NCBI GenBank assembly: GCA_030704615.1
Contig: CM060731.1
Coordinates: 10,044,001-10,108,000 of the forward strand
From: Takakia lepidozioides
Lineage: Eukaryota; Plantae; Bryophyta
Direction of reading: 5' to 3'
Length of the DNA: 64,000 bases
Below are positions 49,201 through 61,300 of this stretch, piece after piece (position 1 is the first letter of the stretch; each line of letters opens with the position of its first letter). Under the pieces are notes generated by a model. The model saw nothing but the letters and a program-made list of their open reading frames with translations. It was not told where the DNA came from and did no database searches. The translations under genes were made by a program, and so were the position numbers.

Positions 49201-51547
49201 TCCAATGACATTTGGGGAGGGGAAACAATCGCAATGTTCAGGTCCTTCAAAGTCTGATCCAGCACAATGACGGCGCGCTTTTCGAGCTGCAAATAGTATA
49301 TTTGTCAGAATTGCAAAAAAGATACACATCACATACTTGAAGAGAAGAAACAGCATGTTCGAATACACACCTGACTCCAAAATGTAGCCTTGTGGAGCCA
49401 GTTATCAAACACCAAATCACTGATTCCTTCCACCTTTGTGCCAGGCTGTATGGTGCTCTTTGGGAACTGATTCAAGTCCTTTACTGTTTGATCTGAGTTC
49501 CATATCTCCAGCCACCTTATTTTTGTTTGTGGGTCGACCATCGATATGGCCAGCCGGTGCAATTTCTCCTGCTGCATCTCCGGATGCACATGCTTGTCAT
49601 AGTGTGTTTTGATCTGCTGAAGGAACTCAGGACCAAGTCCAGGATCTACTATTCTAAGCTGCTTTCCGAAGGCTGACATCAATTTGGTTCTTCGCATCTC
49701 AAACTCCTTCTTTATTGCAGCTTCCACACCCTTTGATGTCCTTAGTTCCTCTGGTGTAGTGCGGTAATATTCGGATTTTCCCTTCTCAGCTGCCTCTGCC
49801 AGTTCTTGCTGCATTCATTCAAGTAGTGATTAGCTCCGAAGGGACTCTAAACATGTATTCGAAAAGTAAACAGATTACAGACTCGGGCTTACCGCATACA
49901 TGTACTCCAGAAACGCCTCTCGTGTCAAAGAATACCAAGTGCCTGCAGCTCTTCCTGTTTCGCACTTCTTGATGATATTGGGTGGTAGTACTGTCCGAAA
50001 ATCATCCAGCTTCATCAGACCAATCCTCTGAATTCGGAATAGTGTGTGAACCAAGCTTGTTGTCACATGCGATTTCTCTGTCGATCTGCAAAAACATTGG
50101 AAACATTGCATTCCTTAACACTGTTTTTTGAGGATTAACAAGACACTACAGAGGGAATCAAATCTCCTGGATGACTTACTTGTTCACGTCGTGCATAGCT
50201 GTAAGAAGCCTAGCGATGTCGTTTCCTGGATCCAAAACCATTGCCTCCACAGCAACATGCTTGTCTTTGTCTTTCGAATGGTGTTTCTGAATGTATCCCA
50301 TCCATGCCAGCAATCGGTGGTTGCCGTCCCAGACGTAGAACATGTGGTTGCAAAATTGCTGGGTGTTCTTTCCCATCATGAGGCCCAGCTCGAACTCCTC
50401 ATTGGCATCTTTCCAGCACTCATCCCAGTTATCACTGATCTCTGGAGAAACTAATGTGCTTTTCCCATTTATATCCGTCAGTGACACATAAAAAACTTGT
50501 GCACCAAGTCTATATCCATGCACAAAATCACTCTCCAATTTTGTTATGTCATGGGAAAGAGGTGGACGCACAACAGGCATTGATATCATCCGGCACAGAG
50601 GTATGTCCAGACGCCCTCCAGATACGAGCATGTCCCTTATAACCTCCTGAGAGTTTACCTTCTGGAATGACATGAGTTCTTTCACCTTGTCAAGGTAGTG
50701 CACTTCGGATTCATCTGCTTCATCTGTATTCTCTGAGCTTTTTGCGGACTCGTCCCCATCTCCAGATCCTTTCCCTCTGATCCTGTAGGCTTCGACCTCA
50801 CAGTTTTCTGCACGATGCCATTCAGTTCTGACTAAGTGATTTGCAAATAGTGAATGGCGGTAACGACAATCACTCTGTATCAAGGAAACTCACCATGAAT
50901 GGTGTGAAAGAATTCAGCACAATCTACACATGCAAAGCCGAGACTGCCGTATTCAAAACAAAAGCGAGAGCGATAGCGAACGGCGTTAACGACAATCACA
51001 AAAGATAACAACCTGCCGGATCGGTGTTGTGTAATGACATATATGTGCAACTGATTGGCGGCAACGACATTCAGTGTAGTTTAGGGAGAATAGTAAGTGC
51101 AGACTCTCTCTTCAAACACATAGGTACATAAATCTCATGAGCAGAATCGAATGGCGTTAACGACGCTCGCGATTCAGTAGTTCCTGCTAAAGAATGGAAG
51201 AGGAAGGACTCCTTGAAAGGCAATCAGACAGACTATATGATAAAACTTACTGGCACCTTCTTAGGTTTTGAAATTTGATCCCCTTCTGCAGCTTTCCTCT
51301 TCCCTCTCACATCTGCTGGAGTTTCTGTCTGCGCAAGGGTTTCTTGACCTTCTTCAGGTTCGGCGTTCCGCGTGCTTCCACCTTCTTCAGTGTCCCTGCG
51401 ATTCATCTCTGCCTCCACAGGCTGGCGCACTCTTATCGCCGACTGTGTCGCAGCCGCTGCCTCAGTCTCCGTCTGCTCTTGTGAATCAGTCTCCGCGTTC
51501 ACCTGCTGCCTTGGCCCTGTGTTCTCCAACAAACGACGCCTCGTCAT
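46242..51547 (-). CDS. ParB/Srx-like domain fused to a beta-class N6A/N4C DNA methyltransferase-like domain (MULE cargo gene, 9 exons, ~1080 aa)
   Basis: Exons 51547-51251, 50807-50180, 50085-49893, ~49808-49371, 49286-49060, 48114-47463, 47349-47012, 46816-46531 and 46435-46242, all GT-AG. Phases are consistent apart from two 1-nt indels (~50772, ~47038). ParB-like motif FYVWDGNHRLLAW. MTase motifs in beta order: ADIVILDIPD, FLSDAGTLLL, SGFEVLRTW, EKSPAFMQILLESCS, VVDLSVSTGATYHACKAGGRSLFGME. Confidence 0.78.
48256..48979. repeat. Array of seven 22-bp palindromes in intron 5 of the ParB-MTase gene
   Basis: TGAATG(T/G)CG-TCAA-CG(A/C)CATTCA at 48256, 48362, 48523, 48631, 48837 and 48958. Variant TGAATGTC-TGCATT-GACATTCA at 48726. 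Confidence 0.95.
50851..51169. repeat. Four diverged copies of the same palindrome in intron 1 of the ParB-MTase gene
   Basis: TGAATGGCGGTAACGACAATCA (50851), CGAACGGCGTTAACGACAATCA (50977), TGATTGGCGGCAACGACATTCA (51052), CGAATGGCGTTAACGACGCTCG (51148). Confidence 0.85.
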
Positions 51548-52401
51548 TTTCTCTCTTGCTCTGCGTCTCTCTCTAAGGGAAGTAAAATAAAGAGACTTTC
51601 TTCTCTTTCGTATTCTAGAAGGAACCCTCTCCAGCTTGACTACCACTCTCCCTCTAAGCGCGAAAAGTAGAAAAACGCAGTGACTCCCGATTTCTTGCGG
51701 GATTGCCTGTGTTCTTGCGTGTCTCTAGAAGCATCGGATTCCCTCCCGCGTGACCGTTACACATAGTCGTTTCCTTATTAGTGCACATGCCAGCAATTGG
51801 TGTACAGCTGTTCGTATTCAGTTATGGATGTCTGACGTGTGCCGCCCAAAACAAAACGGCGTGTTCTAAATTATAACGGGTTCAATATTTAAAAAGAACA
51901 GCGAATCCCAGAAATTGATGCGCAGTCTTAAACAAATAAATATAAATGAACGAGAGTTTGATGACAAATTTTGGAATATCATACACGGTCATCCTTGTTA
52001 TCCAAACCCCACATTCGTTGCACATTTGGAACTTTCCAGGTGCGCATGATCATTGGTAGTAGTATATAGATACATTTACTTAATCTGCAATCCCATTCTC
52101 AGATCCTGTGGCATGCTTCCAGGAAGTCGGCTTTGTTATTGGGTTTATTGATGAGGTTCTGATTAACGGTTTAACAGTTGCCGACACTGCCCCTATGGAT
52201 TCTCTGACCACTGGGCCCACAAGAAAAGTAATTAAAATGGACGGCTGCATATCTGGAATGAATAACAGAATATGCACAGTCGTTATCTGAGCTTCCTCGC
52301 CATATGCTCTGCTCATTCTTCAACTGTGTTCTGGAGACAGCAGTAAACCGATTTACACTAGATCTGCGATAGCAAGGTACAAACATACTCGAGGAAGGAA
52401 G

Positions 52402-55400
52402 ATGGCTTCCTCTGAAGCGGAGTTCTTCTCAGACGACAAACAGTGCCGTTCTCCAGGAAGTCCTTGACAATGGATTTGCAATTGTTCTGGAACATGTCTT
52501 GGCTACCCGTTTTCAGCTGCAGAATGGCTCCATCTTTTTGGAGAAAGAGGTTTACGATCTGAAAGGGAAGTTGGTGAAATATTCTTTCCAAAACCGTGAT
52601 GAGACGGCTCATATCAGCCAGTGGAGAGTGCGTCCTGGTCGATACAGAGTACTTGGAGAGCCTCGGCGAAAGTCCCTTGGGTCATATGTGACGCCCGGGA
52701 CTGCTGCTTCGGTCGTTGAAGACAAGAGGGAGGTGGTGGTGAAAAAAGAACAGACTTCCTCCTCCACTCCAATCGTTGAGCTTTCGGATTCTTCCGATGA
52801 TGACATAAGTGAAATTCCAAATCCAGTCCTTCCTACTGTGGTTGCAGAAGCTGATGAAGAAGAGATTTGTAGTGTCATTCCAAAATTGCGGGCGATGGGA
52901 GGAATGGCTGGATTCAAAAGTGAGTTGCGGGGAATTGATTGGGAATCTTTGAAGCAGGTGCCTGTGAAGTTCTTGCCGAGACTTTTGATGGCGATATCCT
53001 ATTCGAGCTGCCTCCTCCTCCGCGAGTTGGAGGTGTAACAATCATGATGCATGGAATGGACAAGAAACACGACGGGCACCCGTGGTGCAGAACAAAAACA
53101 TCCAATATTCAGAATGATGACAAGCTTGTTTTCAGGAGGACAGTTTGCAATGGACACCTTAGGTGTGATAATTTGAATTGCAGACACTTTCTTCAGTCTG
53201 GAGTTCATAATCAAAGCGAATGGAGGGTCTGGCGGAGAATCCATTTCAGCCTGGGACTGCCCCTCCACCGGCAAACACTTTCGTCTGCAAATTCTGCAAA
53301 CTTGTGCCATCCTGCTTGGCGCTCTGCGGAGCAAGAATGTACTATGTTGTCCACCGTTTGAATACAATGACGAGAGCTTGTGTGCATTTTGGATTCCATA
53401 ACCATCCTGTCTCGAAGGGGGATTACAGGGAGAGTGTTGAGACAGTATCGAGGTTGATCAAACAGGAGTTCGGGAGAAACCCATCCGCAACAACATCTGC
53501 AATTGCTCTTGGCGCAAGCAAGTCCTTCTTGGAAAGCCATATTTTGAGTGAAGGAGATTCTGTGGGGACTAAACTTGACGGTGCAGCATTGGACCTGGTC
53601 ATGGATCATTTCTCCACTTTAAGTTCACCTAACATTCGGCATCAGATCAATGCATTGAGAATGGGCTCTGGGATCAGAGGCTACATAGACAATATTTTGG
53701 AATTGAAACGACTGAGCAAGTACGATTACATCCAGGACAATGTATTCCCAGGTCAAGGTGCCATCAAAGTTTTTCTTTTCAAAATGTCGACTGTTGGGGA
53801 GGGCAGTGGGGTTAGCCTCGTGAAGCGGATGCAGAAGACTGGGGACTTGCAGAACTGTTTTCTTATGTTTGATCATGTGAAACGAGTGAAGGATTGGACG
53901 ACAATGGCTTGTCATGTCTACGATCCAGTGTACCAACGAGTTATGACAATTGCAGTTTGTGACATGCAATCCGAGGATACGGAATCCCAGAAGCTCATGT
54001 GGAATTCCCTGATACGTGTCATGGGCTGCCATGGGCTGCCATCTCCAAATTTCGCAGGTTTCATGGCGGATAGTGCTCAAGCAAATTTCAATGCTATTCG
54101 TATTGTCTTCGGATCGGGCGACCCAAAAGTGCCTATGCCAGGAAGAGAGCGTACATGTCTATTCCATTGGACACAATCTCTGGAAAAACATACAAAGTCG
54201 GACATCAAACCAGAGATGCAGACTCAGCACCGTAAATTGTGCAAAGAGTACAAAGATGCTAGAACAATGAAGGAGGCGGACACTTTGTTCCAGACAATTC
54301 GTGCCTGGTGGTTCTCTTCTGGAGCTGCATCACTTGAGAGTATGAGAGCATTGGAAGATTGGCTGGCGTTTTGGCACTTCCGGTATAGACAGTGGGGAGC
54401 AGCCATGACAATGGTACGAGGCTTCTATTTCATGCTTTATTCATACATTTGCTTTCCATATTTTTGACTCATTGCTTTCTTTATGTTGTTTCCTGTGCAC
54501 TGTTCTGAAGTGTGGTTATCCTCTTTGCAGAACATGTCCATTGAGGAAATGGCGGACATGCCATCTTGCAATTTGGCAGAAACTGTGCACAATGCATGGT
54601 TGCAGCAGTCTGGGAAACGAGGTCGGGATTTGTATGTGGCAACAACAGATGATTTGATACGTGCCTTGCAACAACAAACCCGATACCGTGATTTCTTACG
54701 AGGTGGGGTTGGTGGCAAGGGTCCGGACAAATCGGAGTTGATGTTGCGTGCTGCAAACAGATCTGGGGATCCAATCAAGATAGCACGGGCGGTGAGCATG
54801 TATGCCCAGGGAACGCCACTTGTTTCTAGAGTTCCACATCTTGAAGGGGAGGAGAGATTCGGCTCCTGTAAGAGGAAATTGAACACTCCACCTGGTTCGG
54901 ATTCAGATTCCCACAGGGCAGACCGTGATAACTTCTCGAAGCCTCGTGTTCCCCTGCATGACAGCTCCATGTCCGGAACCTCCATTGTGGAGGAACCTCC
55001 AACACGACGGCAAGCTCCAGCATCAAACCGTGCCACTGAAATGGTGCAGGAGAGAAAAACCCCTTGATGTGCTTGAGTCCGCATGCCCCGACCACGTTTG
55101 GCACATAGAACGCACAAGTGTCGGGTCTCGTGTGAAATGTACAGCGATCAGGGCAACTAATTTCGAGAAGTGCACTTCATCTATATCCAGAGGTGGTGCC
55201 CGAACTCCTGCTCCGACTTTCACGGGCTTGATGCGTCCATACGGTCAACCAGAAGCCAAGAACCACAAGTTCTGGTTCTGCGCAGATGATTGTGCCAGAT
55301 GTGTGCATGGAACTGTGCGTCCTTCCGTAGTGATGAAGCCATCTCCTCCAACCGTTTGGCCCGTGAAGGTGGGAACACATCTCAGCTTTCAGGAGATTGA

Positions 55401-55914
55401 AATGCTGGAGGAGGCAGGTTTTTCCCTTGCGAGACAACCCAACTCCATGCATGTGCTACTACTCCTGCGTCCTCCCGGGTCCCCCCGGCAAATCCTGACT
55501 TGTGGCCAACCAAACGAGATGGAAAGCTCGTTCGGCGTTTCCCTCCAACCGCTGAACACTTTGGCAAAGTGGAGTCCGCAAGAATGCTCCAAGCTCGTGT
55601 CGGAAGCACCACGGAAGTACCCGATCCAGGATATGGTCGGGTATTCACAATCATCACTTCCACATCTGCTGTTCATGACAGGACCTACGACATCACGGTT
55701 TCCAATTTCCCCAATTGCACATGTCCTGATTTTTGTGAATATGCTATCAACCAGTTTGGGCAAGAGAGGTAAATTCATACCCTGCAAACATTTGTATTTC
55801 ATATTTTTGAGGAGGATGGTTTGCGATCCCAAACGTGACAACTTCATTCACCAGGCCACTATGAGTTTCAACGAGGTCGATACTCTTTTGCAGCGGGATA
55901 CAACACATGGGTAG
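52402..55914 (+). CDS. MULE transposase with a GCM/WRKY-like Zn domain, DDE core and C-terminal SWIM finger (several 1-nt frameshifts, intron ~54414-54530)
   Basis: DGHPW..RRTVCNGHLRC..C..CKFC..C..HFGFHNHP (GCM-like); LMFDHVKR (D), FMADSAQA (D), CLFHW (CxxH), CNLAETVH (E); FPNCTCPDF...PCKHLYF (SWIM). Start codon uncertain. Confidence 0.85.
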
Positions 55915-58363
55915 CATGAACTATGTAATGTGGTATGTGGATGACCATGATTTGAAATATGTAATTCACATCAATTCGTCGGCTGTGCAATGATATGGCC
56001 TCCAACTATACGGAGTGAGGTCTGAGTGACAACTTTTAGGTAGTGCACATTTGTCATTGCACCGTTCGAAGTCTACATGTCTTGCTGTCGCTATACACTA
56101 CAATCATCTTTTGAAGATGATCATAACTCTCATTGTTATTTGAGGAGGGAAGAAGTCTTCTCGTGGCAGCCTTTATGGCGCACACTTTGTGAGGATATTT
56201 TGTCGTCTTCGTAATTGTAAAAGTGAAACAAGCATTTGTAATTGCACAATGTTGGATGCTGCAATTGTAGGCCTCAACGCTCGTCTTGATTCTATTTAGG
56301 CAAGATTCCCTGCATTAATTCCACGGTAATAGGACCATCCACGGTTATAGGCGGCGCATGTTAATGCTGACGTGGCAGTTGACGGACAGTGCCACGTCAT
56401 CATTTACCGCCACATCAGCATGCTGACATGACGCTCACGCCACGTCAGCGTGTGTGCAGGCTCACGCCACGTCACTCCTGCGTGAGCGTACGCTCGCGCG
56501 CTCACGTGCAACGCTCACGCCATTGCGTCGTTGCTTCGAATGATTGTTTAAAGTAAACAATTCTAGCATAGACAGGGATTTCTGACAACCCGGGATCAAC
56601 TAAGGGTCACCTTGGCTCTTTTCCAAGGCTGCTAAGCTTGCACAGACATTACAGATGCAAACAAACTCACCCTATTCATTGCGGCAATTACGGTAAGTTG
56701 GTGGGATTTGTTCTTTGAATCCATAGTCCTCCAACATCATACGGAATGCTACATCTTATGCCTTTTCCCTCAAAAAATCCCTAAAAGCTTGGTACTTCAA
56801 TAGACAAGACACTAGTGAAGGGTTCTGGAAAACAAACACAAAACTCCGAGTCATGTGCATTTGCCCACTTGATAATTAATTGACGGGTTAATTAAGAGAC
56901 ACATAGACACACTGCCACTCCATGACTGCAAAAGCAAGGGTGAGCGTAACTTGAGGCCGAGATAACGACTTCAAGCTGTGTGCAGCCTAGTCTTCTCCTC
57001 ACATAAATGGCCCTTCTCTTTTTGTTTTTGGAATGCTGAATGGTGCGTTCATGGAAGATCAATAAGACTCATTGCTTAGACAAGATCAAGCAATGACAAC
57101 AGTTTTCTCGTCTCCTGGAGCCGCTTTCAGATTTCACGTATGCTTTCGCCGGCCCGGCCCTCAACGCTTGCTTCCGAGAAAGAACGAACCAAGAAAGAAA
57201 CATAAAAAGATTTTTTTCACTATGTCCATGGACAACAAGAAGACCCACAGACACAAATACCCAAACCTAGAGCTTCATGTGTAGCTTTTGGGGTGAATCC
57301 CAGAATGTCTCCTTCAAAACTACTTGCTCAAATTTAGGCTTGGATCTTGTGGCTGATGGCACCATCTCCAGATTTGGGTATGAGAGGTGCATGGAAGGTG
57401 ACAATGTCTAAGAATACTACAAGTAAAAGATTCAATTCAGAATACAAACCTGTGGATCTAGAACTGGAGATGACAATTGGGTGTGAGCACACCAAGGAGA
57501 GCAAGCACTCCCATGGTTTCATTGTGTCACCCTCACTCGGCAGTGGCCTCGTTGTGGATGATTGTCGTCTGTCTCGTCCCTGGATGAATAGCATATGGAT
57601 GATACAGCTGCCAATCGCGTTGGTCACGCCTGGCAACTGTCCACAGCGAGGGAGAGATGCAGGCAAGGACAGACACAGAAACATGGTGACGTGAGGTGAA
57701 GATCAAAGAGACAGAGTCGGGGTGAGGTGGGTTTGAGAGGAAAGGGGCAGAAAGCTATGCATGAGTTCTTGTACGGGGAAAATTACATCTCTTGGAAGGT
57801 ATCATGAGGAGAGATGCAGAGCTCCATGAGTGTGATCATGACTGTATATCATAGAGAAACGAAGGGAGCGTTCCAGAAGATCTAGGAAGAGGTGAACCTG
57901 GTACTATAAATCAGGTATGTTGTTGTGTATCTCACTTGCATTGCGCTTCAAAGGGTGGGGCGGGAATTTGTGAGAGGTCGAAGTCTGTGGGTGAGGATGA
58001 CGTAGGAAAATGTTAGAAGGAGTTTCTACATTGTGCGATCGGGCCTGCATTACGACGACGACGACTACGGTGGTATTGTCACACTCGGCGCTGATGGGGA
58101 TTCTCAATTTTGGGCAATGTGGAACGCGAAGACCTTCACATTTCAAGCTCGACCGCCAGTGTAAGCTGAGTTTCGTACCTCTTCCGGGAAGAGAACGTCT
58201 GAGTTACAAGATTCAGAAATAAGACAGGTCTTCCCCCTTTTCTGTTCCTCTTCTTCCTCCCTTCTTCTCTTCTTCTCTTGTTGTTCCTGTGCGGGGGATA
58301 GAGCGACCGAGTGGGGTTATCGCAACAGAGGGGCCGAATTCAGTCACAGAGGGGGAGAAGGAG

Positions 58364-61300
58364 ATGGCATCGTTCCTGAGCTGGGTGGGATATGTGCCGT
58401 TAGGAGACGTCGCCAATGTCGCACAGCTCACGGGCTTGGACGCGGTGAAACTAATTGGACTCATAGTAGGGGCCGCTAATAATGCCCGCATGCACAAGAA
58501 GAACTGCCGCCAATTTGCCCAGCACTTGAAGCTGATCAGCAATCTGTTGGAGCAGCTGAATCTCACTGATCTCAAGGACCGTTCCGAGACTCGGGAGCCC
58601 CTGGAGCAGTTGGAGGAGGCGCTAAGAAAGGCGGTGCTTCTTGTGGAGAGCTGCAGGAACAAGAGCTACCTGTACTTGGTCGCCATGGGGTGGCTTTACG
58701 TGTGCAAGTTTAATGACTACCAGGACGAGATCGACCGCTATCTCAAGCTCGTCCCCCTCATCACTCTTGTTGAAAACAGCCGGGTGAGCTTCACATTTGT
58801 GGGTCGCATCCACGTTTCAAGTTGTGACATTTATATTGCTAATGGTGAATCCCTGTTCAGATTGCTATTTCAAGCTCCATCTTTTCTAGTGTAGAATAAA
58901 TCATGAAGAATAAGCACCCCACTAGTTACAAGGATGTGACTGAATTTGGATGTCATGCATAGGCCCTAAAGATGATGAAAGACAGACATATTTGGGAACG
59001 GCACTGTAATGCCTGCCCAATTTAAAAGTTCTGTTATTTCTCCTCTCTTCTCTCTTGCCTCCGTTTATTCTTCTTCTCCCATTCTCCTCTTCTTGCTTTA
59101 CTTTATTACAATGACATACTCATGGATTTCAAGGACAAACCAATCACTGTCTTTCAGAAGTTTCTCTGCACCAAGCACTGCCATGTTTAGTGAAGCTTTG
59201 GTACTCTTCTCTTTAGGCCATGCTAACACCGTTTTTAAAGTGTCATCTCCATCATGGGTCCTCCACTGTCTTTTCTGGCGCTTCCCAGTAGGAGATTATA
59301 TGTACATTATATCTCTGAGCTGTTTTCTCAATTCTTGTACTGCCACTGTGTCAACATATCTGTGAACCCAGGAGCGTCTCAGGGCAATAGAAAAAGACCA
59401 CCGCCATTACACTCTTGAAGAAGAGGAGCAGATGGTGCAAGAATCACTGTTGAAGTCAGATCGCACCAGAAGCGAGTCTGCAAGGCTTTCACGCCAGGTA
59501 TCACGTAGCTATCCGGGAATGGCCTTACATCAGGCATTGCGGACAGAGAATGAAAAGTTGCGTGCAGAGCTTGAGCACATGCGGGCATGCATGGAGCTCG
59601 ACCAGTGTGATGTCATTGAGCATCTCATCGAATTCACTGAGACTGCTGTTGCTGAGCCGGAGGATGAGGGGTTTCTTGCTGAAGAGCCTCATGAGGGTTC
59701 GGAAACCACCAAGAAGGTGATTAAGGAGACCAAGCGGCATGTCTCCCATCCAAAGGAGTCTGTGTACGTGTCTCCAACTGGATACTTTGTCACATGTTTT
59801 TATCTCTCTCTCTCTCTCCCTCCCTCCTTTGACATGGTGTACAAGTAGAGATTCCCTCCCTTTTAATGAGCCACCAGCTCTATATTATCCTTACCAAGCA
59901 TGACAGGACCAACCCGATCAGAAAGGGCCTGAGAACATGTGACAAGAGATTGGGACCTATGATGTCACTCCAAAATACCAAATTTACAATGAAGCCTTCC
60001 TCGTCATCACCAGACCTGCCATCACTGCAGCTGCATCCAGCAATACTGCTTACCCAAGCCACGACCAAACCTGATACAGTGGCCATCACCCCATGTAGGT
60101 CCTCAAGCTCTCCCAATCCCTCAAAAGGGCTTTGGGTAACCTCACTGTTGATTCTCACTCTCTACATGCAACCAAAATTCGCAAGTTCTGCTACCCAGAG
60201 TGGAGACACAGCATCGTCTCCTCTCATGCCCTACCCACTATCAAGATTCAGGATGACACCCATTCCTTTTATATACAGTCTCATCCCTGGTACAGGTCTT
60301 TATTTGGGGGGAATCGGTACTGTCTCTCAGTTTATCTGCATGAGGTTCGTGCAACATGTGGGGTTTGGCTTTCATTCCTTTCTGTTGTTCCACTGTTTCC
60401 CATGGGCCCTCTGGGTCTCCATGGACTGAATAATACATCTGTATTCATCTTTCTCACTTTCTCCTAGATGTATAACATTGCTTCTTTCTTTTTATTCTCC
60501 CCCTCTTCTCTGCTTTCTTTTGATAAGCTCTTTGGGCTTCCTCAGGACATCATAAGTTTCTTTCTTTCATCCCAGGAGGTTCTTAAGTGCCAATTTATTT
60601 CATTTCTTTCTCTTTTACTGCCCTCTTCTCCGTGGTAGATTCCGTCTATTCTGTGGAAGCCAATCTCTCAATGAAGTCTATTATGAGGATCAGAAATGCT
60701 TGGCAGCTTATCTGCACGAAGCTTTGACCCTTCGGCAATCCATTGAGCAGTAGTTGCTTTTGGGCTGCTTCTGGCTCTCTGTCTTTCTTTCTTGTTTCTT
60801 GCTTTCCTTTTGTCCCATAAGCTCTTTGAGCTTTTTACCTACAATATAAAGTTCCATTTCATTTCATTTCATTTCATTTCTCTTAGGGAAGTCAGTGTAG
60901 GAATGTACGGCCATACAGGAAAGACTCACATGAACAGAGCTGACGCTGCGTTCAAATATACTCTGAACTTCTTCACAGCCTTTGATGGACAAGTGGAACT
61001 GGAGGACTCCGCAAAGCTGCAGTTCACTTCACCTGTACTTCTTTCTCTTCATCTTTTTTAATCAGATTCCTCTGCTTTTGCTCTTGGTTCTAATCACTTT
61101 CTCACTTAATCCCAAGCCTCCGGCAAGCGCATTCTTTCTTTCTTTTCTCTTCCATTGAATTCACCTCAGTCGTCCTTGTCATTTGACAGAGATTGCTTTC
61201 AAATCGGTTCTTGTAGCGGATCATTGAGGCCACCTTGTTGTGATGCAGGAAAGGTGAGCATGTGTACTCTTCACAAGAGAAAGTGCTTTTTGATGGAGTC

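Larger units (their letters stand above)
45215..56533. mobile_element. Complete Mutator-like element (MULE), 11.3 kb, with two divergent genes
   Basis: 9-bp TSD CTTCGAATG at 45206-45214 and 56534-56542. Imperfect TIRs: CAGGGATGCCTCGGCGTGAGCCTGGTCACGTGAGCGCGTGAGCG vs (revcomp) CAACGACGCAATGGCGTGAGCGTTGCACGTGAGCGCGCGAGCG. Subterminal GCCACGTCA repeats at both ends. Confidence 0.93.

Noticed and set aside
46242-51547. Bacterial or phage contamination explaining the ParB-MTase gene
   Set aside because: The gene is split by eight GT-AG introns and lies inside a TSD-bounded eukaryotic MULE.
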